The notes below the pieces were generated by a model, which was not told the DNA's origin, ran no database searches, and saw only the letters and a list, made by a program, of their open reading frames with translations. A stretch of 62,000 bases of DNA from Camelus ferus (lineage: Eukaryota): contig NC_045696.1 of NCBI RefSeq assembly GCF_009834535.1, forward strand, positions 1,550,001 through 1,612,000. Direction: 5' to 3'. Positions within the stretch are counted from its first letter, which is position 1. The number at the start of each line of letters is the position of its first letter. This document shows positions 1-9,925 of this stretch, in pieces. The position numbers and the translations under genes are program-made.

Positions 1-201
1 CACTTGGGGTTTCCGTTGTGTCAGGGCTGGGGCCGCAGTGAGGGTCCCTTCACAGGCAGGTGCGTGTGTGGTTTCAATTCCCCACGGGTACCAAAGAGGG
101 CGTCTCCCAGGCTCCCTTCTCTGCCTGCCCAGATGTAGGGAAGAAAGAGGCAGGGATGAGGCTTTAGAGATGTTGGTAGTTAAACACCTAAAAAAGAGTG
201 A

Positions 202-332
202 GGGGGAAGGGTAGGCAGTGGTAGGACATGTGCTCAGCATGCGCACAGCGTCCCGGTTCAGTTCCCAGGACCTCCATTAAAATAAATAAATAAACCAACC
301 TAATCCCCCCACCAAACAAAGCAAAATAAAAA
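202..332 (+). mobile_element. tRNA-Ala-derived SINE (camelid vic-1 type), diverged
   Basis: gggggaagggt...gctcagcatgc...ggttcagttcccaggacctcca + (taaa)n + aacctaat-ccccc + A-rich tail. Aligns by eye with the copies at 9373 and 55523. Confidence 0.8.
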
Positions 333-344
333 GGCAGACTCCTA

Positions 345-1200
345 CTTGCATTTTCCTACCTGCTTCTTGGTGGAATGGACCTGTTCCTAGTGTAATAGAC
401 CTCTCTGCCCATTTAATGCTTTGTGGTTTAGAACGCACTCTATCTGATATGAACATTGTTACCAGCTATTAGCATTTCTGTCTTTTATTTTTACCCTTTT
501 TCCCTAATGTTTAGTTGTGTCTCTTACAAACATAGTTGCATTTTTTGACCCAGGTAGGGAGCCACTGCCTTTAAACAGAATAATTTAACCCATTTCTATC
601 TATATGGTTACCTGTATTTATTCTTACTCTCTTATTTTATATGCTGCATTCTACTTCCTTGTTTTAGAACTGGTTTAATCTGCTTGAATCCTTGCTCTGC
701 TGCTTTCACTAACCAGGTGACCTTGGATCTGAGACTTGTGCCTCAGCTTCCAGGTCTGTAAAATGGCATCATAACAGAACCAGAACGAAGGTGTTGGGGA
801 GCGCAGGTCACGCTGCACGAACGTCTTCTGCTTGCATTTCTGCTGCTGCCCTTTATCTGTCTCTATGACTTTGTTAGGTCGGTTGAGTTTTGTTATTGCC
901 TTACTTTTCTTGCAGTGGTTTGAAAGTCACTTCTCACTTTCTTGGGACAGTCCTCTCCCTCTGCTTCTATCTTCTTCTGACCTACCTGCCAGTTCACGAT
1001 CACCTCTTCCACCATGTGTGGTCTGCGGTTAAACTTCTCCACTGAATTCGTAATTTTAGTGACTGTATTTTTGTTTTCAAATTTCCATCTATTCTTTTTT
1101 ATAGATTCTGCTTATCTGATGAAAATTTCCATCTCATAATGTTTCCTTGAACATAGTTTTTAGAGTTACTTTAAAATCTGTCCAATAATGCCGATACCCT
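345..1200 (-). mobile_element. Old L1 (L1M) fragments, interrupted by a MIR-like piece at about 685-785
   Basis: T-rich antisense L1-like phrases (tctgatatgaacattg, tgtctcttacaaaca, tttaacccatt). MIR-like gtgaccttgg...cctcagcttcc...tctgtaaaatgg. Confidence 0.55.
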
Positions 1201-1219
1201 TTTCTCTTGTGGATTACAT

Positions 1220-1470
1220 GTGTATGTATAGTTGTATATACAGTTACAGATCTATATAATATGTATTTATATACTGTGTATGTATGTAATATATAATTAC
1301 ACATTACATAATTATGTGTATATTTATATAATATGTATATTTAAATATGTATATATATAATTTATATAATACTATATATTTATATAATAGATAATTGTAT
1401 ATATTTATATAATATGTATATATTTATGTAATATATTTATATAATAATACATATGTATTTATATGATAGC
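1220..1470. repeat. (TA)n-rich low-complexity microsatellite
   Basis: Degenerate repeats of tatatttatataatatg. Confidence 0.9.
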
Positions 1471-1839
1471 TAATTGATACAGTTTCCCCCTTTGGTTTTG
1501 GATCATTTACTTCCTGGCTCCCTTGCATCAGGCTGGCAGTGGGAAGGAGAGCAGGTCAGCTGGGTCCAGTGCGGGAGTGAGCCGTCTGGATGCTGGGTTT
1601 CGGTCTTTGCGAGGGCTGATCCTTTACACCTCAGCCTTACTCCTTTGCTGTGGGACTCGCTGCTCCAGCAGAAGGTCTGGGTTATTATCAGAGCCTCCTA
1701 CCAGTTATTCTTGCAGCAGGCTCTGCCCAGTTATTGTCTCCCCCAGCCTATGAGACTCAGAAGTACTGCTTAGTGTCTCAACTTCTTGTCCACTGTCTTT
1801 ATTAGGGGCTGCACTGTGTCTGTCTCTTCCTCCTTCTCC

Positions 1840-2043
1840 TTCTGTCTGTGCAGAGGAAAGGCCATGTGAGGACACAGGGAGAAGGCAGCTGCCTACAAGC
1901 CGAGGAGAGAGGCCTCAGGAGACACCCACTCTGTCCACACCTTGGTCTTGGACTCCCAGCCTGCAGAACTGCGGGAGAATAAATGTCTGTTTAAGCTGCC
2001 CAGTCTAGGGTATGTTGTTACAGCAGCTGGGCTGACTAACGCA
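1840..2043 (+). mobile_element. MaLR LTR (MLT1A/B-like), 3' half
   Basis: ggccatgtgaggacacagggagaaggcagc...caccttggtcttggactcccagcc...aataaatgtctgtttaagc...gactaacgca. Confidence 0.85.
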
Positions 2044-2347
2044 TCGTACTAATCACCACATACCTCAAAGGAAAAATCTTTCTCGGGTCTTTACCCCTCA
2101 GAGAAAGTCTTCTCTGTTTTGCTAGTGATCTGATATTTTCAAACAGATTTTCAAAATATTTTATACAGATATTCTGGCTATCCAAAACCACAGTGGCTTT
2201 ATAATTTGTTTTTTAAAAACTTATCAACATATGAGCATCTTTTCCTGTTATCATTACTCTTTTTTTTACACATTTCTTTCAATAGTGACATAGACTTTCA
2301 TTATATGAATGAACCATGGTTTAATTTCTTATTTTAGCACATTTAGC

Positions 2348-2490
2348 TACTGTATTCCATCAATTCTAAGTTACATACTCTTCACATGTTAACAAGTCTG
2401 AAACAAGAACGTGTCTTCCATCCGTAACCTGTCGTAGCTTAATGTGTCTGTGTTAAATAAAACAATGTTATGTTTTACAGTTGATGGTGG
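2348..2490. mobile_element. hAT-type MITE remnant (MER96-like)
   Basis: Starts tactgtattccatcaattctaag...cacatgttaacaagtctgaaa...tgtctt, resembling the recalled MER96 consensus. Confidence 0.55.
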
Positions 2491-2974
2491 AGGATGGATG
2501 ATGGGTCCAAACACTCCCTACCGAAAGTCACACCACAGCCAGTCTTGGGGGTGGTTCTGGTCCCCATTGTCCTAGCATTGTCCATCTCTGTCCTGGAAGA
2601 GGCCAGTCCCTGGAGACTCCCCTCTCCCGGAGGCACAGCTCGAGCTGGCCCTGGTACCTAGGAGTCCTCTGGTAGAGGAGACACAGTCCAGACTCCATCA
2701 TGAAAGGCACCAAACCCTTGGACCTGGCTGAGATGGAGGCTGGCTCTGACCAGAACTTTCAATGGAGACTTTGCCAGCCTGTGACACACCAGCTCCATTT
2801 CAGTAAGCCCCCTCCCCTTCTCCTAAGTGGTGCCTTTAGCCAAGGAGGTGAATGTTTAAGAGTCAAAAATGGTTTGTGAAATTAAGGCCCATGAAAACTT
2901 GGCTCCGTGGGCTTTTGATGAAATGAGCAGATGTAGTCAGTTGGGTCTTACTCAGACAGGAGGGAAGCCATTCA

Positions 2975-3180
2975 GTCACTTAGGTTCAAATCCGGACCCC
3001 ACTACCTCTAGCTGCATGACCCTGTGCAGTCCACCCCCACCCCCCAAACCTTCACTCCCTAATTGTCAAAACAAGGATCATGAGGGTCCCTGCTCCAGAG
3101 TGTTGTGAGCCTTGGGTGGGGTGATCCTAGCTCAGTACCATGCCTGGCACACCCTGAGTGGTCAATATACGTTGGCTGTC
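2975..3180 (+). mobile_element. MIR SINE
   Basis: ggttcaaatcc...ccacta...tagctgcatgacc...gttgtgag...tgcctggcaca. A second MIR-like piece lies at about 3390-3545. Confidence 0.7.
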
Positions 3181-4199
3181 CCTGGTCACTGCATCTGAAG
3201 GCATTTCGGTTCCAGACAGGGACAGGAAGAGCCAGGGCCTCTGAAGAACAGCTGCCTCAAAGTCCTGGGGACACCTGACCCTGGCCCCCGTTCTCCAGCA
3301 CGTCTCCTGTGCCCACCTGAGTGCCCGTTTCCACCTGTCTTGAGTGGGGGTGAGGGGTCTAGCCCTGGGTTTGCCCCAGAGACAGTAGAGCACACTGGTC
3401 TGACCTTGCTTGTGTTCAAATCCCAGCTGCACTGCTTACCCACGCTGGGACCTCAGGTGCTTCAACTTCCTCACCTGTAGAGTGGGCTGTTGTGAGGTTC
3501 AGGTGCAGAGCCCTAGCATCAGGTGCTGAGTGTGCACTCCTGATAGGCCTGCAAAACGGTCACAAGAGGGCGTCGGGCACCCCCCCCTCCCCCCAGGTGC
3601 TAAGCTTCCACTTGCCTGGCTCAGAAGGCCCAAAGGGGCACTGCACAAGGGCAGAGGAGCAAGCCACAGAGCGCGCAGCCAGGCCAAGTGTGTGGGGCGA
3701 AGTGGATGGAGTGAGACTTCCCACTTCCCTGATGCCCCCCTGAAAGTGCCCTGTTTATGCCCCTGTCCACCGGGAGCTCTGGGTGGAGCCTGTGTGGACT
3801 TGATGGATGGAACTACCAGGTGGGTCAGTCTTGGACGCCTTCTTCCTTCAGCCGGTCCTCATGACCAGACACCTGGCTCCTCCGTGAAGGCGAACAGAGC
3901 CTTTCCCAGCAGGGGGTCGGCTCCCAAGACACCCCTCTCCCACCCATGTCCCCTGTGGCCACTGGAGGTAGTTCACCTGGTTGGCTTTATTTTCCTTTTT
4001 CCCCTCTAGGAAACACACTCACCATAGAGGAAACCAGTGGGGGCACCCCGGCTTGGCGGCTGGAACTGCGGTAAGCGAAGGACAAGGTGGGGGGACCAGG
4101 TCCCTGAGGAGCTGGACAGGCCATGCTCAGGATCCAAGATAATGCGCCAGGCCTGGTCCCTGACCCAGCACCTGCCAGGCCTGATGGCCTGACTCTGAG

Positions 4200-5400
4200 C
4201 ATCCCCGAGGTCCCAGTGCGGCCCCCAACCCCGGGTCCCAGCGTGCTTCCCCACCCTAGCTACCCTGTGCGCCCCACCCTCCCCAGCTGCCCTGAGTGCC
4301 CCCGAAGTCCCGACGCCGGATCGCGCGGGGCCCCGCCCGGTGACGCATTTTCAACCACCAGGAACCTCGGGCGGCCAGGCGCGGCCCCGATGCCCCGGGA
4401 GCGCGCCTCGTGCGCGCGCACCCGCCACGTGACCCGCGGCAGCCAACCGGCGAGAGGGGATTTGGGGGCAAAGCGCGGCCCCGCGAGCAGTTGCGGCGGG
4501 AGAGCGGCGGGCCGAGAGCGTGAGTCGCCTGCCCGGCGCTGTCTGTTGCCCCGCCGCCCGCCGCGCGCAGCCATGTCCGAGGAGAAGCCCAAGGTAAGGG
4601 CCGGCGGGCGCGGGCCGGGCCCCGGACTCGGACCCCCGGCCCGCCGTCCCCTCCGTGCCCGCGCCCGCGCCCCCGGCCTCGCCGCCCTCCGCCACCCGTA
4701 GCCGTCGGCCTCCCGGGCCAGGGCCCAGCGGCGCCGCCGGGCCTCCCCGCCCCCACCCCGCGCCGCCCGGCTCCGCTCGGCTCCCCTCCCCCTCCCAGCC
4801 TCGCGCCCCGCCCTCCACCCAGACTCCGCCCTAGGCCCCGCCCACCCTCGAGCACCAACCTTTGGCCCCGCCCCCACGGGCCGCTCCGCCCACGAGCTCC
4901 GCCCCTCCGCTTGGGCCCCGCCCCATGCAGGGGCGGCGGCCCTCGAACTCCGCCCCCGCCTCCGGTGGGCCGAGGTCCCGGAGCCTGGGCGCCCCTAGCC
5001 CGGACCATTCTCGCCGGCACTCTCTCTCTCGCAGAGACCCTCTCCCAGTCAGGACCCGCCGGGGTCCCGTCCCCCAACGTCGCCCCCATCCCCAGCCCTC
5101 TCTGGGACCGCCCTTCCCCTGGACCTCTTCCCTTCCCGGGACCCTCCGTCACTACGCCCCTATTGCGGGGACCCACGGTCCCGGCGGCCTGGGCTCTGCT
5201 GCCCCTCGCGTGCGCGTGGTCCCTTCCTCCGTCCTCACTGCGGGGCGCCGAGAGGGCACAGGCTGGGGACAGGGGCTCCGAGAGGCCTGACCTGGACCCC
5301 TCCTCCCGGGTGCGCCACGCCCTCCCCACGCGCGCTCCGCTGTGGCTCCGGGCTCTGGTGCGCTGGCCTGCAGTCCTTGGGAAGGCCCGCGGGTGTGCTC
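4200..5400. promoter_or_regulatory. CpG island / SUMO3 promoter
   Basis: Very CpG-dense. GC box ccccgccc 4331-4338, CRE-like tgacgca 4341-4347, palindrome tgcgcgcgca 4411-4420, E-box cacgtgac 4426-4433. No TATA box seen. Confidence 0.9.
4573..4593 (+). CDS. SUMO3: SUMO3 coding exon 1 (MSEEKPK)
   Basis: gcagccATGTCCGAGGAGAAGCCCAAG followed by donor gtaagg. Lies in a CpG island. Matches the SUMO3 N-terminus (SUMO2 starts MADEKPK). Phase 0. Confidence 0.97.
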
Positions 5401-6384
5401 TCTACTGTCATTAAAAGCAAGTTTCTGGAGCTTTTCGTCTGCACTCTTGGGGTCTGTGTTTTTCAAGTGTAAGATCTGCTCCGAGTTGAATGCTTTGCGT
5501 GCAGGCTTCCTCCGATACCAGCTGCTGCTGGAGGTTGTCCCACCCCGCAGCTGAGACTGGAGCCCAGCACACACGGGAGGCAGAGCTGGGGTTGGGGTGG
5601 GCCTGCCGGGAGCCCCGGGTCAGGGGGCCATGGTGGGGGCTCGGAGGAAGCCTGCCCTCCCCTGCCGTGGTGTGAGAAGGTCGCCCTCCCGGAGCCTCGG
5701 GTCTGCAGAAGCAGTCGGAGCTGCCTTCGTTTTAAGCTGCTATCCCGTGGGTCCTTTGTTTGTCCGAGGCCAAGTGTAAATGCCTTCCTTCTGTCTGTCT
5801 TCTAGGTGGCCTCCTCTTACTGCAGGTTAAATGCAGTGGAATACACACACTACTCATTCCTCCAGGGCGTTTAAACTTACCTCCCCCACGTGGTCGAGGT
5901 CCACGGCCCGGCTGGGCTGAATAAACTTGTTTTAACTACTTCCAAAACGACTGGATGGCTGCGCCGCACGCCCCACCCTTGCCCGCCGCGCCCTCGGCGC
6001 CTCCCGGGTTGGGGCTCAGGCTCCTGCAGCCACGCTCTCCTCCAGGCCTGCGGCAGAGAGGGTGGGAGGCCCACTCCTGGGCCATCTTTGTGGAAAAGAA
6101 GCCTTGTGGGTCAGTTGGGGAACCAGTTCCGCCTCGAAGGGGACTGACTGTCGTGAACTGTGGTGGTGGTCTTTAGGGTTTCTCTTCTTCTCTTTCTTTT
6201 CTTTTTCACTCATGCGTTCACTTGTTTACTGAGAACTCACCCGGGGCCTGCCGTTTGTTCTCGGTGCTTTTCTCTGCCTGGTCTGCAGCCGCTGCCCTGT
6301 TTGTTTGCTTTGTGTTCTGGCCCCTGCATTGCTTTGTTCTAGACACACCTATATCTTTTCACTAGAAAAGCAAATGCATCCTCT

Positions 6385-8145
6385 CTCCACATGGATCCTA
6401 ATTAATGCCATATGCAAAGATTAACTCAAGATGGATCAAGGACCTAAATGTAAGATCCAAAACTATGAAACTTTTAGGAGAAAACATAGGACAAAAACTC
6501 CACGACATTGGACTTGGCAGTGATTTCATGGATATGACACCAAAGGCACAGGTAACAAGAAATAAAAATAGAGAAACCAGACTTCATAAAAATTTAAAAA
6601 TTTTGTACATTGGAAGACACTATGAATAGAGTAAAAAGGCAGCTCGTAGAAGGGGAGAGGATATATGCAAATTGCTATCAACCGGAAAAAAAAAAAAACA
6701 GATGGCAGCAAATAAAAGAAGAATTTATTTGGGGTCCTAAGAATTGCAGTTTGGGAGACACAGATTTGGGTAAAACCAAAAGAGCTTTCTGGGGAAAAGA
6801 AAGAGTCAGGGGCTTATGAAAGAAAAGCCACAAAGCTGTGCTCTGACACAGAAAGAAGTGTTTGTCCTTCAGGAGTGGCTGTCCCATAGGTGTCCCGAGT
6901 GTGTGGCAGGTGTCATGGACGCCATCGTCAGGACAGGATGGAGTCACAGAGTCAGATTCCATCCCCGTCCTCAGTGGCCTTATGGCTCCGTTTGAGATAC
7001 TCTCTGAGCAGCACCGACCCCATTTTGATTTTCCTTTCTCATCGTATATCTGATAGGGTTCAATACCCAGGATATATGGAGAACTCCTACAGCTCGGCAA
7101 CAAGAAAACAAGCAACCTGATCAAAAAATGAGCAAAGAGCTTGAGTAGACATTTCTGCAAAGAAGATCCACAAATGGCCAATAAGCACATGGAAGGATGC
7201 TCAACACCACTAACCAGGGAACTGCAAATTGAAACGACAGCAAGGGACTGCCTCACATCCACTGGGATTGCTGCTCTGAGAAAAACAAAGCAAAAACAAA
7301 ACAGGAACAGCAGGTGTCGGGGAGGATGTGAAGTGGAAATGCTGGAGGAATTGCTGGCTCAGGAAGCCTGTCTGTTGATGCCTCGCTGTCTTCTGTGCAT
7401 GGCTTTGCCGTCAGGCGGTGATGGCAGGATGGCTGCAGGAGTTTCAGGAGTCAGATCGGCTCCTGTCTGTCCCTGAGAAGTGAGGCATCCTCGCGCAGAC
7501 ATGACCTACCCTGTTACCTGTCGGTTCTCCATATGTAGCAGCTGTGTGGAAAACAGTCCGGCAGCTTCCTCCAAAACTTAAAAATAGAATTACCATATGA
7601 TCCAGCAACTCTCCTTCTGGGAATCGACCCAAAATAATTGAACGCAGGGTCTCAGAGAGGTACTTGTACACCCACGATCACAGCAGCATTACTCATGGCA
7701 GCTAAAGTGGTGGAGCAACCCAAGTGCTGGTCAGTCTGTGGATGAGTGGATGAGCAAAATACGGTGTGTACACACATCGGAGCAGTAGTGAGGCCTGAAG
7801 AGGAAGGAAGGCCTGGCCCCAGCTACAGCGGGAATGACCCTGGAGGACGTCACGCTCAGTGACATAAGCCAGTCACAAAAGGACAAATACTGTGTGATCC
7901 ACTTATGTGAGGTCCCAGGAGGAGCCAGATTCATATTGACAGGAAAACGGGGGTTGCCAGGGCCTGGAGAAGGAGGAGTTAGTGTATAATGGGGCAGTGT
8001 TTCAGTTTTACAAGATGAAAAGAATTCTGGAGATGGATGGTGGTAATGGTTGCACATTATGAATGTATTTTATACCACTGGACCATAAACTTAAATATGG
8101 TTGAAATGGTGAATTTTATGTGTATTTTAACACCGTGAAGAAATG
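6385..8145 (+). mobile_element. L1MB-like LINE: 3' ORF2 and 3' UTR, interrupted by two insertions
   Basis: ORF 6405-6629 [23 protein letters not shown]...[18 protein letters not shown] and SRHFCKEDPQMANKHM are L1 ORF2 C-terminal sequence. Typical 3' end aagaattctggagatggatggtggtaatggttgcaca. Confidence 0.9.
6676..7041 (-). mobile_element. Solo ERV1-like LTR nested in L1
   Basis: Minus strand starts TGAGAAAGGAAAATCAAAATGG, has AATAAA (plus-strand tttatt 6724-6729) and ends ...ggttgata. L1 is continuous on both sides (gcaaa|tcgtatatctgat). Confidence 0.7.
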
Positions 8146-8159
8146 GAAAAGAAATCTTA

Positions 8160-8425
8160 TCTGTAAATGCAAGATGGCACCATGGATCGGATCCCGGAAC
8201 TGAAAAAGGGTATTAGTGGAAAACCTGGTGAAACACCCGAACGCTTGGCGTTTGGTTGCTAGTGATGTGTCCGCGGTGGATTCTTGGACTCAAGGTGAGC
8301 CGCAGCCTGTGAGGCGCTGACACGGGGGAGACCGGCTGGGGATTTAGGAGCTTCTGGACTGCAGCTTTTCTGGAAATGTCAAATTATGCCCAAACAAACC
8401 TTTATTTGAAAAAATAAAAAAACAA
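8160..8425 (+). mobile_element. L1MC/ME-like 3' end fragment
   Basis: aaatgcaagatggc...ggatcccggaac...attagtggaaaacctggtgaaa...aaattat + A-rich tail. Confidence 0.6.
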
Positions 8426-9372
8426 ATGCAGCCTTAGTCTCTGGGGAATGAAAGGGGCTTACACAGGGGCCCCAGCCCCATCGGAGGGGTCTCTAGGGGC
8501 CGGAACACGTGCGGGGATGCAGGCAGGTGCGGGTCCCTGGTCCCCATTCCGCAGTCCCCGGGGCCAGGAAAGGAAGGGGCCCGCATGGAAGGCAGAGAGA
8601 GTCTGCCGGCGGCCAGCAGCTCCTGCGGGTCCGCACTGACCGGACGGGAGTCTCAGGAGGGAGTGTCGGCTGAGACAACTAACAAACCTGCTTAGAGTGC
8701 CTTCAAAACTTTCTTTGCAAATATGTTCATTTGTATCATTTTTTAGGTATAACTGAATCATAATGCTGTGCACCAGAAAGGAATAGAACTTTGTAAATCC
8801 CAGGATCTCCATTAATAAATTGTAAAAAGAAAACAAAAAACTATGTTTCAATAAACCCTGCCCCCCAAAAAAACTTCATTTGCAGATTGACTCGGGTCTG
8901 CTTCATCATTTTGTTCAAAAATAAAAGACTCCTCTTCTCCCAAAGGGTGTCAGCTGGCCAAGCTGGCCCCGGGCTCTCAGCCTCAGCTCCGAACACAGGC
9001 TTCTTCCATCAGCTCCCAGTAGTTTCCAGGGGCCAGAGCCCCCCATGTGCGGTGGTCACAGGTCGGAGCCGCCATGTCATGACAGAATAGGGCGGATGAC
9101 CCGGTTCGGGTGGGACTGGCCAGCACAGGACCCCCGACTGCACACCGCGGTTACCTTGTTTTGTCTTGTTCACCAGCCTCTGTAAGTGTAAGTAACCCGC
9201 TAGTCCGTGCAGTTACTAGTCTCACAAGAGTCATCTTAGAACAAGTTGGATTTTTCTCGCCACTGTTTTCTGTGTCTATTCAGCAGATCCCCCTGCCCCT
9301 TGAACTGACAGTCTGAAAACGCTTTGCAGGACGTTTCCTGACATAGCCAGTAGAAGTTAAAGATAAGTTCTG

Positions 9373-9516
9373 AGGGGGAGGGTGGAGCTCGGGGAGAGCA
9401 CGTGCTTAGCATGCACGAGGTCCTGGGTTCAAGCCCCAGGACCTCCAATAATAAGTAAATAAACAAATAAATAAACCTAATTACCCCCCCAAAAAAGAAA
9501 AAAAAATTTAAATAAA
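9373..9516 (+). mobile_element. tRNA-Ala-derived SINE (camelid vic-1 type) with TSD
   Basis: tgcttagcatgca (tRNA-Ala AGC anticodon arm), B box ggttcaagccc, tail taaacctaattaccccc + poly(A). Degenerate 15-bp TSD: taaagataagttctg 9358-9372 / taaaaataagttttg 9517-9531. Confidence 0.88.
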
Positions 9517-9691
9517 TAAAAATAAGTTTTGGGTAGAAAGAAAACAGTCACACGTGTGGCTGCGCTGCTGGAGAAGTCTGAGAATTAGGTTGGTTTTATG
9601 ACTTAAAAGATCTGCAGCCGCGCAACACTGGCCTTCAAGGCGCTGGTTGTGGGGAGACTGGCTGGAAGCCCAGGTGCATGTCTCTCTGCAG

Positions 9692-9820
9692 GAGGGGGTG
9701 AAGACGGAGAATGACCACATCAACCTGAAGGTGGCCGGGCAGGACGGCTCCGTTGTCCAGTTCAAGATCAAGAGGCACACGCCGCTGAGCAAGCTCATGA
9801 AGGCCTACTGCGAGCGCCAG
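9692..9820 (+). CDS. SUMO3: SUMO3 coding exon 2 ([43 protein letters not shown])
   Basis: Acceptor tctctctgcag, donor CAG|gtgcgc, 129 nt. Contains the VKTE (K11) chain-forming SUMO consensus. Confidence 0.98.
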
Positions 9821-9925
9821 GTGCGCGTGCACGCATGTGCCTGCGTGTGTGCACATGTGTGCGCATGCTGGTGTGCGTGTGCATGTGTGCGTGCGCCTGT
9901 GTATGTGCATAGGTGCGTGTGTGCA
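9821..9925. repeat. Degenerate (TG/CA/CG)n alternating purine-pyrimidine repeat
   Basis: gtgcgcgtgcacgcatgtgcctgcgtgtgtgcacatgtgtgcgc..., starting at the exon 2 donor. A similar tract lies at about 10633-10762. Confidence 0.9.

Noticed and set aside
4256..5329. 357-aa minus-strand ORF and other long overlapping ORFs in the SUMO3 CpG island
   Set aside because: They are Gly/Arg/Pro/Ala-rich with no recognisable domain. Stop codons are depleted in all frames of GC-rich DNA.
5806..5825. 20-nt micro-exon in SUMO3 intron 1
   Set aside because: The acceptor is good but the donor (gttaaa) is poor, and the sequence offers no other support.
9373..9450. tRNA-Ala gene
   Set aside because: The A box/D arm is degenerate, and it has a SINE tail, poly(A), TSD and sister copies. 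It is a SINE.
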